Position numbers and translations under genes: made by a program. A stretch of DNA of 32,000 nucleotides, from assembly GCF_040647455.1 (NCBI RefSeq), contig NZ_JBEZCG010000012.1:315498-347497 (forward strand), given 5' to 3'. A model generated the notes under the pieces. The model searched no databases, was not told the origin of the DNA, and worked only from the letters and a program-made list of their open reading frames with translations. Every line of letters begins with the position of its first letter. The stretch's first letter is position 1. Below, one piece after another: positions 1-7,974 of this stretch. This stretch comes from Streptomyces sp. NPDC041068 (GTDB taxonomy: Bacteria; Actinomycetota; Actinomycetes; Streptomycetales; Streptomycetaceae).

Positions 1-1017
1 ACCGCGGGCGGGAGGGTCGGCGGTGCCCGCGCCACCATCGACGGCGACGCCATCGACATACGTGCCCGCGCCGTCGTCAACGCCACCGGCGTGTGGACCG
101 ATCAGGTCGACGCCATGGCCGACGAGGGACACCGGCCCCAAGTGCGGCCCGCCAAGGGCGTGCACATCGTCGTGCCGTGGGACAAGGTCCGCATCGACTG
201 CACCGTCACCGTCCCCATCCCCGGGCGTGCGCGCCGTGCCACCTGCACCCGCTGGGGCAACAGGGTCGTGCTCGGCACCACCGACGAGGACTACCAGGGC
301 TCCGCCGACGACGTGCACTGCACCCGGCAGGAGATGGACTTCCTCCTGGAGGGCGCCAACACCGCCTTCGAGGGCAAGCTCACCCCCGACGACGTGGTCG
401 GTTCCATCGGCGGCCTGCGCCCCCTGGTCGGCGGCAAGGAGGGCACGACCCTCGACATGCGCCGCGACCACCACATCACCGTCGGCGCCGGAGGCATGGT
501 CACCGTCACCGGCGGCAAGCTCACCACCAGCCGGCACATGGGCGAACTCGTCGTCGACAAGGTGATGGCCGTCCTCGGCCACAAGGCCAGGAGCCGCACC
601 GCCACGCTGCCGCTGCTCGGCGGCGCGGGCTACGACTCCGAGGCGGTCGCCGCGTCCGGCGGCATCGCCGCCCACCTCGGCGAACGCTTCGGCACCGAGG
701 CCCGGTTCGTCGGCGACCTCATCGCCGATGACCCCTCCCTCGCCGAACCGGTCGTCGAAGGCCTGCCCTACACGCGGGCCGAGGTCGTCTACGCCGCCCG
801 CGCCGAACTGGCCCGCTCCGTCGACGACGTCCTCTCCCGCCGCACCCGGGCCCGCCTGTTCGCCCGCGACGCGTCCGCCGATGCGGCTTCGGCCGTCGGC
901 GCGCTGCTCGCCCGCGAACTGAACCTCACCGAGGCCGAGACGGAGCGCTCCGTCGCCGAGTACCTCGCGTCCGTCGCCCACGAAAAGTCCGTACTCCTCG
1001 AAGGAGCCGCAGCATGA
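1..1017 (+). CDS. glpD: FAD-dependent glycerol-3-phosphate dehydrogenase, C-terminal 338 codons (5' end outside window)
   Basis: Frame 1 is open from base 1 (..AVVNATGVWTDQV..GGKLTTSRHMGELVVDKV..YTRAEVVYAARAELARSVDDVLSRRTRARL..), the conserved C-terminal half of GlpD-type enzymes. High GC3. The TGA at 1015-1017 overlaps the next start (ATGA). Confidence 0.85.
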   Translation, partial: TAGGRVGGARATIDGDAIDIRARAVVNATGVWTDQVDAMADEGHRPQVRPAKGVHIVVPWDKVRIDCTVTVPIPGRARRATCTRWGNRVVLGTTDEDYQGSADDVHCTRQEMDFLLEGANTAFEGKLTPDDVVGSIGGLRPLVGGKEGTTLDMRRDHHITVGAGGMVTVTGGKLTTSRHMGELVVDKVMAVLGHKARSRTATLPLLGGAGYDSEAVAASGGIAAHLGERFGTEARFVGDLIADDPSLAEPVVEGLPYTRAEVVYAARAELARSVDDVLSRRTRARLFARDASADAASAVGALLARELNLTEAETERSVAEYLASVAHEKSVLLEGAAA

Positions 1018-2588
1018 TCAGCCGTCAGACCATCACCCACCCCTTCAACCGGGGCAACTACACCGTCGGCGCCCCCAGCCAGGCCAAGTGGGCCCGCACC
1101 ACGCCCATCGGAGACGGCGAGGCCGCTCTCCAGAGCGACCCGGTCGACGTCCCCGAGCAGGTCGTCGACGCCCTGCGCGCCGCAGCCCGCGCCGTGCACG
1201 TCGAGCGCGACGAGGTCGTCACCCGCACCCGCGACTGGTGGGCGGGCTCGATGATCGGCGAGACCGAGGGCCGCCCGGCGACCCCGCACGCCGTCGTCGT
1301 CGAGGCGGCCGACGCCGACCAGGTCGCCGCCGTGCTGCGGATCTGCCACGACGCGGGCATACCCGTCACCCCCTCCGCGGGGCGCTCCAACGTGACCGGC
1401 GCGGCGCTGCCCGTTTTCGGCGGCGTCGTCCTCGACGTCTGCGGCCTCGACCGGATCTCAGGGTTCGACGCCGAGTCGAACATCGTCGACGTCCAGGCCG
1501 GCATGTTCGGCGACCTCTTCGAGAAGCAGCTCCAGGAGGAGTACGGCGTCACCACCGGGCACTGGCCCTCCGCCTTCGCCGTCTCCACCGTCGGCGGCTG
1601 GATCGCCTGCCGCGGCGCCGGTCAACTCTCCACCCGCTACGGCAAGATCGAGGACATGGTCGTCGGCGTCGACGTCGTGCACGCCGACGGCACCCGTGCC
1701 ACCTACGGCGACTACGCCCGCGCCGCCGTCGGCCCCGACCTGCGTCAGCTCTTCGTCGGCTCCGAGGGCACGCTCGGCGTCATCGTCTCCGCCCGCCTTC
1801 GCGTGCACCCGCTGCCCACCTACGCCGACGCCGTCGCGTACGGCTTCGCGACCTTCGCCGAAGGCCTCGACGCCTGTCGCGAGATCATGCAGCGCGGCGC
1901 GACACCGGCCGTCCTGCGCCTGTACGACGCCCTGGAGTCGGGCACCCACTTCGGGCACCCCGACACCAACCTCCTGCTGATCGCCGACGAGGGCGAACAG
2001 ACCGTCGTCGACGCCTCGATCAAGGTCGCCGCCGAGGTGTGCGAGGCCCGCGCCACCGCGCTCGACGGCAAGGCCGTCTTCGAGCGCTGGCTGGACGAGC
2101 GGATGCTGGTCGGCAAGTCCTCCGACGGCTTCACGCCAGGCCCCGGATTCGTCGCCGACACCCTGGAGATGGCCGCATCCTGGAAGGACCTGCCCGCCAT
2201 CTACGACGAGGTGGTCGCCGTCATCGAGTCGGTGCCGGGCACCCTGGCCGCCTCCGCCCATCAGTCGCACGCCTACACCGACGGCGCCTGCGTCTACTTC
2301 TCGCTGCGCGGCGACGTCGCGCCCGAGGCGCGCCGCGACTGGTACCGCTCCGTGTGGGACGCCGCCAACGCCGTCCTCATCGAGCACCGCGCCGCCCTCA
2401 GCCACCACCACGGCTGCGGACTGCTGCGCGGCCCCTACCTGGAGGAATCCCTCGGCGCCGCCTTCACGACCTTCGTCGCGGTGAAGAACGCCCTCGACCC
2501 CGCGGGCATCCTCAACCCTGGCAAGCTGGGCCTCCCCAGCCGCTTCGGCACCTCCCCGCTGAGCCACGCGGCCACGTCACGAGCCTAG
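1014..2588 (+). CDS. FAD-linked oxidase, alkyl-DHAP-synthase/GlcD-like (PCMH-type FAD-binding domain)
   Basis: The 524-aa product has the FAD-binding pattern (..VVVEAADADQVAAVLRICHDAGIPVTPSAGRSNVTGAALP..GHWPSAFAVSTVGGWIACRGAGQLSTRYGKIEDMVVG..) and the C-terminal ..LSHHHGCG..ALDPAGILNPGKL motif of the FAD-oxidase_C family. ATGA overlap with glpD. Confidence 0.8.
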   Translation: MISRQTITHPFNRGNYTVGAPSQAKWARTTPIGDGEAALQSDPVDVPEQVVDALRAAARAVHVERDEVVTRTRDWWAGSMIGETEGRPATPHAVVVEAADADQVAAVLRICHDAGIPVTPSAGRSNVTGAALPVFGGVVLDVCGLDRISGFDAESNIVDVQAGMFGDLFEKQLQEEYGVTTGHWPSAFAVSTVGGWIACRGAGQLSTRYGKIEDMVVGVDVVHADGTRATYGDYARAAVGPDLRQLFVGSEGTLGVIVSARLRVHPLPTYADAVAYGFATFAEGLDACREIMQRGATPAVLRLYDALESGTHFGHPDTNLLLIADEGEQTVVDASIKVAAEVCEARATALDGKAVFERWLDERMLVGKSSDGFTPGPGFVADTLEMAASWKDLPAIYDEVVAVIESVPGTLAASAHQSHAYTDGACVYFSLRGDVAPEARRDWYRSVWDAANAVLIEHRAALSHHHGCGLLRGPYLEESLGAAFTTFVAVKNALDPAGILNPGKLGLPSRFGTSPLSHAATSRA

Positions 2589-2596
2589 GCAGCCCC

Positions 2597-3262
2597 ATGA
2601 ACCCGTCCCCCCGGTCCCGGCCGCTCGACGCCCGGCTGGCCACGGCCTTCGCCGAGGTGCCGGTCGTCGCGTCCATCGTCGGCGCCCAGCCGCTGCGGCA
2701 GTTCCTCACCGCACCGGCGAAGGTGTGCATCCTCGCCTCCTTCTCCGTCGGCCAACTGCCCCAGGTCGTCCCGGCGCTGCGCAAGGCGGGCAAGACCGTC
2801 TTCGTGAACGTCGACTCCAGCCCCGGCCTCGCGCAGGACCGGGGCGCCCTCGACTTCATCAAGGAGATGGGCGCGAGCGGGGTGGTGAGCACCCGGCTCG
2901 CCCTCATCGAGAAGGGACGGCCGCTCGGCCTGCTCACCGCGCAGAAGGTCTTCGTCACCGACCGCTCCAACCTGCGCAGGAGCATGGACGCCATCTCCCG
3001 CGGCATGCCCGACCTGGTCGAGGTCATGCCCGCACCGATCGTGGCGCGCATGACCCCCCAGGCGCGCCGCGCCATGTCGCCGACGGTCGCCGCCGGCTTC
3101 GTGGAAACCCCCGCGGACGTGGCCGCCGCACTGGCCCTCGGGTCGGTCGCGGTGGCCACGTCCGACCACCGCCTGTGGCGTGTGAGCCGCGAAGAACTGC
3201 CGCGTGCCACCGCCGACAGGCCCCTTGAACAAGCCGACAGGCCCCTTGGACAACAGGAGTAG
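2597..3262 (+). CDS. glpP: GlpP-family (glycerol-3-phosphate responsive antiterminator-like) protein
   Basis: The ATG at 2597 is in frame with the 1088..3262 ORF and lies 8 nt after the upstream stop. The 221-aa product matches my recollection of the B. subtilis GlpP pattern (..GVVSTRLALIEKGRPLGLLTAQKVFVTDRSNL..PDLVEVMPA..AAGFVETPADVAAALALGSVAVATSDHRLW). Confidence 0.75.
   Translation: MNPSPRSRPLDARLATAFAEVPVVASIVGAQPLRQFLTAPAKVCILASFSVGQLPQVVPALRKAGKTVFVNVDSSPGLAQDRGALDFIKEMGASGVVSTRLALIEKGRPLGLLTAQKVFVTDRSNLRRSMDAISRGMPDLVEVMPAPIVARMTPQARRAMSPTVAAGFVETPADVAAALALGSVAVATSDHRLWRVSREELPRATADRPLEQADRPLGQQE
3212..3253 (+). repeat. 21-bp tandem duplication (2 copies, 1 mismatch) in the 3' tail of the glpP-like gene
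   Basis: gccgacaggccccttgaacaa (3212-3232) and gccgacaggccccttggacaa (3233-3253). They encode ADRPLEQ/ADRPLGQ just before the stop. Confidence 0.9.
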
Positions 3263-3269
3263 AACCACC

Positions 3270-3572
3270 GTGAGTTACGTCGTCGTGGCCCGCTACCGCA
3301 CCCTGCCGGACCAGGAACGAGCCGTCCTGGAGCTGCTCGACACCATGGCCGAGGCCTCACGCGCCGAGCCCGGATGCCGCCGCTACCGCGTCCACCAGGG
3401 CACCGAGGACCCGCGCGCCGTCCTTCTCTACGAGGAGTACGACTCCGCGGCCGACTTCACCGCGCACTGCGCATCCGCCCACTTCCAGGACATCGTGCTC
3501 GGCAAGGTCGTCCCCCTCCTGGAGAGCCGCGACGTCCTGCGCTGCGCACCCCGCGAGGAGGCCGGCGCATGA
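3270..3572 (+). CDS. Antibiotic-biosynthesis-monooxygenase (ABM) domain protein
   Basis: GTG at 3270, with GGAG at 3256-3259. The 100-aa product (VSYVVVARYRT..ERAVLELL..SRAEPGCRRYRVHQGTEDPRAVLLYEEYDSAADFTAHCASAHFQ) is a typical ABM/ferredoxin-like fold. Its stop overlaps the next start. Confidence 0.75.
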   Translation: MSYVVVARYRTLPDQERAVLELLDTMAEASRAEPGCRRYRVHQGTEDPRAVLLYEEYDSAADFTAHCASAHFQDIVLGKVVPLLESRDVLRCAPREEAGA

Positions 3573-4711
3573 GGACGACCGCCGCCGTCCTGCGTGACGT
3601 CGTACACGAACGCCCCTACCAGGACAGCCGCCCCGTGACGGTCGAGGAACTGGAACTCGGCGCGCCCCGCGAGGGCGAGCTCCTGGTCCGCGTCGCCGCC
3701 GCGAGCCTCTGTCACTCCGACCTCTCCGTCGTCAACGGCGACCGGGTCCGGCCGCTGCCCATGGCGCTCGGCCACGAGGCCGTCGGTGTCGTGGAGGAGA
3801 CCGGGCCCGGCGTCCACCGCGTGGCGCCCGGCGACCACGTGGTGCTGGTCTACGTGCCCAGCTGCGGTTTCTGCGCGCGCTGCGCCGAGGGCCGCCCGGC
3901 CCTGTGCGACCGCGCGGCCGCGGCCAACGGCTCGGGCGGCCTGCTGCACGGCCCTTCGCTGCTCACCGACGCCGCCGGGCGCACGGTCCACCACCAGCTC
4001 GGCGTCTCCGCCTTCTCCTCCCACACCGTCGTCGCCCAGGAGTCGGTGGTGCCGATCCCCGACGACGTGCCGTTCACGGTCGCCTCGATGTTCGGCTGCG
4101 CGGTGCTCACCGGGGCGGGCGCCGTCATCAACACCGCGGCCCTGCGGCCGGGGCAGTCCGTCGTCGTGCACGGCCTCGGGGGTGTCGGACTGTCCGCGGT
4201 GCTCGGGGCCCGCGCCGCCGGAGCGTACCCGATCGTCGCCGTCGACCCGGTCGCGGAGAAGCGGGCGCTCGCGCTGCGGCTCGGTGCCACGCACGCGTAC
4301 GCACCGGGCGAGGCCCTGATCGCCACCCGTGATCTCACCGGCGGCGGCGCCGAGTTGGCCGTCGAGGCGGTCGGCAGCCCGGCGGTCATGGGTGCCTGCC
4401 TGCAGTCCGTGGCGCGCGGCGGCCGTGTCGTCTCGGTCGGCCTGCCCGCCCCGGACCGGGTCCTCGACGTGCCCGCCCTCGCCTTCGCCGGGGAGGGGAA
4501 GTCCCTGCTCGGCTCGTACATGGGCGACGCGGTGCCGCGCCGCGACATCCCCCGCTTCCTCGACCTGTGGCGCGCGGGCCTGATGCCGGTCGAGGAGATG
4601 CACACCGGCACGGTCGCCCTGTCCGGGATCAACGAAGCCATGGAGGAACTGGCGTCGGGGCGGGCGATCCGCCAGGTGGTCGACACCTCGGGGTTGTTGA
4701 TCTCGGTGTGA
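3569..4711 (+). CDS. Zinc-dependent medium-chain alcohol dehydrogenase
   Basis: ATG at 3569 (ATGA overlap). Catalytic and structural Zn motifs (CHSDLSVVNG, GHEAVGVVEETGPGV, CGFCARCAEGRPALC) and a Rossmann GLGGVGLSAV motif. Confidence 0.85.
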   Translation: MRTTAAVLRDVVHERPYQDSRPVTVEELELGAPREGELLVRVAAASLCHSDLSVVNGDRVRPLPMALGHEAVGVVEETGPGVHRVAPGDHVVLVYVPSCGFCARCAEGRPALCDRAAAANGSGGLLHGPSLLTDAAGRTVHHQLGVSAFSSHTVVAQESVVPIPDDVPFTVASMFGCAVLTGAGAVINTAALRPGQSVVVHGLGGVGLSAVLGARAAGAYPIVAVDPVAEKRALALRLGATHAYAPGEALIATRDLTGGGAELAVEAVGSPAVMGACLQSVARGGRVVSVGLPAPDRVLDVPALAFAGEGKSLLGSYMGDAVPRRDIPRFLDLWRAGLMPVEEMHTGTVALSGINEAMEELASGRAIRQVVDTSGLLISV

Positions 4712-4744
4712 GGTGTTCCTCGGGGGAGCGGTAGCGTCCCTGTC

Positions 4745-5368
4745 GTGGGAACGGACATTCACGGCGGAATCGAGTACCGCCATCCAGCGGCGGGCACCGA
4801 CTTCTACGAAGGCGAGCCCTGGATCGTGGCCATGGACCTGTGGCCGTTGTACGACGAGGTCGACTACGCGGCCTTTGGGTGCCTCTTCGGCGTGCGCAAC
4901 GACGCGGGCTACCGGCCCCTCGCCGCCGGGCGCGGCCTGCCCGACGACCTGTCGAGCGGGCTGCGCGAGGACTTGGAGCTCTGGGTGGCCAAGGGCCGGT
5001 TGCTGGATGCCACGTGGGTGAGCTGGGCGGACCTTGCGGGGCTCGATCCGCAGGCCGGTCCTGACCGCTATGTGGGCCGGCTGTCCTGGCAGCAGGCGTC
5101 GAGCCCGTACCTCCAGCACCGTCGGCTGCTGCCCGCGCGGTGGCCCGAGGAGGTGGTGGCGATGGCGGGGCCGCCACCACCCGGCCTCGACGCGGCGAAC
5201 CGTCGACTGGAGTGGACCGTCAGGGACGTGGTGTTCCGGTACGAGCCGCTGACGGCCGGTTCGATCCTGGGCACCGGAACCCACTGGCCGCACGTCTTCG
5301 CCGTGATGAAGGCCTTGGCGGGCCGCTTCGGCGACGACGGGGTACGACTGGTGGTGGCCTTCGACTGA
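4745..5368 (+). CDS. Hypothetical protein (no family recognised)
   Basis: 207-codon ORF with high GC3 and non-degenerate composition, 33 nt downstream of the ADH gene on the same strand. I found no recognisable motif. Confidence 0.55.
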   Translation: MGTDIHGGIEYRHPAAGTDFYEGEPWIVAMDLWPLYDEVDYAAFGCLFGVRNDAGYRPLAAGRGLPDDLSSGLREDLELWVAKGRLLDATWVSWADLAGLDPQAGPDRYVGRLSWQQASSPYLQHRRLLPARWPEEVVAMAGPPPPGLDAANRRLEWTVRDVVFRYEPLTAGSILGTGTHWPHVFAVMKALAGRFGDDGVRLVVAFD

Positions 5369-5375
5369 CCTGCGA

Positions 5376-6815
5376 TCAGAGTGAGCTCGGCACCACGAAG
5401 AGCCCCCACGTGACGAGCGGCCCCGCCACCGCGATCCCCAGCCCCCACGCCATGAGGCGCCGGAAGACGAAGTCCCTTTGGTTTTCTGGGGTGTTGGCGG
5501 TCACCAGGGCGCCGCTGGTGGAGAAGGGCGATGCGTCGACGATGGACGAGGAGATGGCCAGCGCGGTGATGAGCCCTACCGGCCCCACGTCGCCGTCGAG
5601 CAGGAACGGCACCGCCAGCGGGATCAGGGCGCCGAGCATGCCCGTGGTGGAGGCGAACGCGGACGCGATCGCGCCGATGAGGCAGATCAACAGCGCACCG
5701 AACAGCGGCGCCTGGATGGACGCGACCTGCTTGCCGAGATAGTCGATGGTGCCCATGCGCTCCATCTGGCTCACGTACGTGACGATGCCGCAGACCAGCA
5801 GCACGGTGGACCACGCGCACCGGTCGACCGCGCCCTTGGCCGACTTTGGCGAGGCCAGGGAGAGCACGACGGTGACGGTGAGCGCCATCAGCCCGACGTC
5901 CAGGTCGAAGAAGAGCGCTCCGACGACCAGGCCGAGCAGTCCGAGGAGGGTGAGGGCGCGCGGGCCGTCCAGACGGAGGGGCTCGGGTGGCGCCGTGGCG
6001 GTGACAGGCGCTGTGCCGGGTGCGGCGACGGGAACCGTGCCAGGCGCGCTGACGGGTGCCGTCCCGGGCGCGGTGACCGTCAGGGTCGGCCCGGTGCCGC
6101 CCGCCGTCTTGGCCCCGGTCGCGGGCGGGCCGCCGCTCGCCCCGGCGCCCTCCGTCCCCCGACCGCTCGTGCTGCCGCCGCCGTCGCCCTCGTACGACTG
6201 CGCCCGTTGCCCCAGCAACTGCCGTCCGCCGAAGGCGAAGAAGATGATGGCGCACAGGGCGGCGTTGAAGAGGAACGAGGCGGTGAACAGCAGGGCAGGG
6301 TTGCCCGGCAGGTCGTTGCGTTCGACGACGCCGTTGGTGATGCTGCCGAACACGCCGATGGGGGAGAAGCCCCCCGCGCTGGCGCCGTTGGCGATGAACA
6401 GGCCCATGAGTACGGGGTTGATGCCCTGGGCCACGGCGAAGCCGAGGCCGATGGGCGCGATGATCCCGACCGCCGCGGGGGTGACGGCGCCGACCGCGGT
6501 GAGCAGGGCGGTGACGAGGAACATCACCCAGGGGATCAGGGCGATCCGTCCCCGCACGGCCTTGACGGCCGCGTCGACGAGCCAGTCGACGGTGCCGTTG
6601 TTCTTCGCCATGGCGAACAGCAGCGTGACGCCGACGAGGACGACGAACAGGTCGCCGGGGAAGCCGGAGAAGATGTCGTCCGTGGACTCGCCCGCGACCG
6701 TGGAGCCGACGATGAACGCGGCCACGATGGCGAGCGCGCCCAGATGGACGGAGGTGAAGGTGGCGATGGTGAAGATCGCTAACAGGGCGACGACGGAGAT
6801 GAGTTGATCTGACAC
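5376..6815 (-). CDS. Anion permease of the CitMHS / ArsB-NhaD (SLC13-like) superfamily with a long low-complexity central loop
   Basis: GTG at 6815 is preceded by AAGGGAG. The 479-aa polytopic product (VSDQLISVVALLAIFTIATF.., ..TPAAVGIIAPIGLGFA.., ..STTGMLGALIPLAVPF.., ..ASPFSTSGALV..) has two hydrophobic halves separated by a roughly 80-aa G/A/P/T loop. Confidence 0.7.
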   Translation of the reverse strand: MSDQLISVVALLAIFTIATFTSVHLGALAIVAAFIVGSTVAGESTDDIFSGFPGDLFVVLVGVTLLFAMAKNNGTVDWLVDAAVKAVRGRIALIPWVMFLVTALLTAVGAVTPAAVGIIAPIGLGFAVAQGINPVLMGLFIANGASAGGFSPIGVFGSITNGVVERNDLPGNPALLFTASFLFNAALCAIIFFAFGGRQLLGQRAQSYEGDGGGSTSGRGTEGAGASGGPPATGAKTAGGTGPTLTVTAPGTAPVSAPGTVPVAAPGTAPVTATAPPEPLRLDGPRALTLLGLLGLVVGALFFDLDVGLMALTVTVVLSLASPKSAKGAVDRCAWSTVLLVCGIVTYVSQMERMGTIDYLGKQVASIQAPLFGALLICLIGAIASAFASTTGMLGALIPLAVPFLLDGDVGPVGLITALAISSSIVDASPFSTSGALVTANTPENQRDFVFRRLMAWGLGIAVAGPLVTWGLFVVPSSL

Positions 6816-7022
6816 GAGGGCTCCCTTGCGGTGGGCCGATGGCCGGGTCGCGGTGTGCCGTGGCGCGTGACGTGGGGGTGCGCGCGGCACCGGAGGGAGC
6901 GCGGTGCGAAGCGGCGCACGGCGTCCACCCCTGAGGCGCGGGGGCGCAGGGGTGGGGGAGTTATTCCGCCAGGCGGAAGACGGCTTTCGCAAGGGGAGTA
7001 TTGGAGGGCTTCTCCGGGGTCG

Positions 7023-7877
7023 TCAAGAGCTGCGACGGATTCCGTCGGAGCGGGCCGAACCATCCGTGCGCGCCGCCGAGCCGCCGCCGATGTGCCTCGC
7101 CGCTCCGCCGCCGGGGCCGCCCGCTCCGTCCTGTCCCGAATGCCCCAACGCGGCGCTGACCTGCCGCGCCGTCTCGCTGACCAGTGCGCCGTGTGCCTCC
7201 CTCGCCTCCGAAGTCATCCGGCTGGTCGGCATGTTGACGCTGATGCTGGCGATCGGCAACCCCGCCCCGTCGAGGACCGGGGCCGCGACCGCCGACACGT
7301 CGGTGCGCCACTCGCCGCTGTTGGTCGCGTATCCCCGCTCGCGGATCAGGGTGAGCTCGTCGAGCAGTCGGTCCCGCTCCGTGATGGTCGAATCGGTGAA
7401 CTCCTCCAGGCCGTCCGCCAGATGGCGCTCGATCACCTCCGTCGGACTCGACGCGAGCACGGCCTTGCCGTTCGCGGAGGCGTGGATGGGCAGATGGGTG
7501 CCGAGAGCCAGGATGATCCGCACCGGCTTGGACGTCTCCAGGCGCTCGATGAGCACCACCTTGTCGCCGTTCGGGACGGTCAGGTGCACCGTCTCGTCGA
7601 TCCGTCGCCGCAGCTCTTCCATCAGCGGCACGGCCACGTCGCGCAGCCCCAACTCGCCGGTCGCACGCCGCCCGACCTGCAGCGCCTTGGTGGTCAGCGC
7701 CCAGCGGGTGACCTCGCCACCGGCGGGCCGGATCCAGCCCGCCGTGTGCAGGGTGCGCAGCGCGCGCTGGGCGGAACTCTTGGGCAGGTCCAGGGCGCGG
7801 GCCAGCTCGGCGACGCCGATCGGCTGCCGCGCCGAGACCTCTTCAAGCACCCGAAGTGCGTTGAGGACGCTCTGCAT
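7023..7877 (-). CDS. IclR-family transcriptional regulator
   Basis: N-terminal wHTH (MQSVLNALRVLEEVSARQPIGVAELARALDLPKSSAQRALRTL) and an IclR effector domain (..HASANGKAVLA..ERGYATNSGEWRTDVSAVAAPV..). It also has a G/A/S-rich C-terminal tail. Confidence 0.9.
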   Translation of the reverse strand: MQSVLNALRVLEEVSARQPIGVAELARALDLPKSSAQRALRTLHTAGWIRPAGGEVTRWALTTKALQVGRRATGELGLRDVAVPLMEELRRRIDETVHLTVPNGDKVVLIERLETSKPVRIILALGTHLPIHASANGKAVLASSPTEVIERHLADGLEEFTDSTITERDRLLDELTLIRERGYATNSGEWRTDVSAVAAPVLDGAGLPIASISVNMPTSRMTSEAREAHGALVSETARQVSAALGHSGQDGAGGPGGGAARHIGGGSAARTDGSARSDGIRRSS

Positions 7878-7880
7878 CCG

Positions 7881-7910
7881 TTGACTCCCCCTGCGCTCGG
7901 CTCCTATGCT
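7881..7910 (+). promoter_or_regulatory. Candidate housekeeping-sigma-type promoter for the aminotransferase operon
   Basis: TTGACT (7881-7886), 18-nt spacer, TATGCT (7905-7910). It lies in the 97-nt divergent iclR/aminotransferase intergenic region. Motif match only. Confidence 0.4.
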
Positions 7911-7913
7911 CCG

Positions 7914-7952
7914 CGTGCCACCTTACGACACATCGTGCCACAATGCGGCACG
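7914..7952. promoter_or_regulatory. Candidate IclR operator (direct plus inverted GTGCC repeats)
   Basis: cgtgcca occurs at 7914-7920 and 7934-7940. Inverted arms cgtgcc (7934-7939) and ggcacg (7947-7952) are separated by 7 nt. All of this sits just downstream of the putative -10. Confidence 0.3.
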
Positions 7953-7974
7953 CTTCTCAAGGGAGTTGGCCACA

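Noticed and set aside
1088-3262. 724-aa ORF spanning the FAD oxidase and glpP-like genes in another frame
   Set aside because: Only its last 221 codons (from ATG 2597) look like a real protein. The upstream 500 codons are Arg/Pro/Gly-rich, the typical off-frame read-through of a high-GC gene, and they overlap the well-supported FAD oxidase frame.
3428-5293. 621-aa antisense ORF opposite the ADH and hypothetical genes. Similar long shadow ORFs occur at 5068-6255, 6831-8846, 9410-11092, 15233-16870, 15316-16917, 19026-22067, 22881-24434, 24924-26177 and 28653-30140.
   Set aside because: All are extremely R/P/G/A-rich with no recognisable domains. They lie antisense or off-frame to genes with clear family signatures. 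Long stop-free shadow frames are expected at this GC content.
6964-6978. ttccgcc-a-ggcggaa inverted repeat downstream of the iclR stop, as a terminator
   Set aside because: The effective stem is only about 5 bp once a viable loop is allowed, and there is no U-tract. This is too weak to call.
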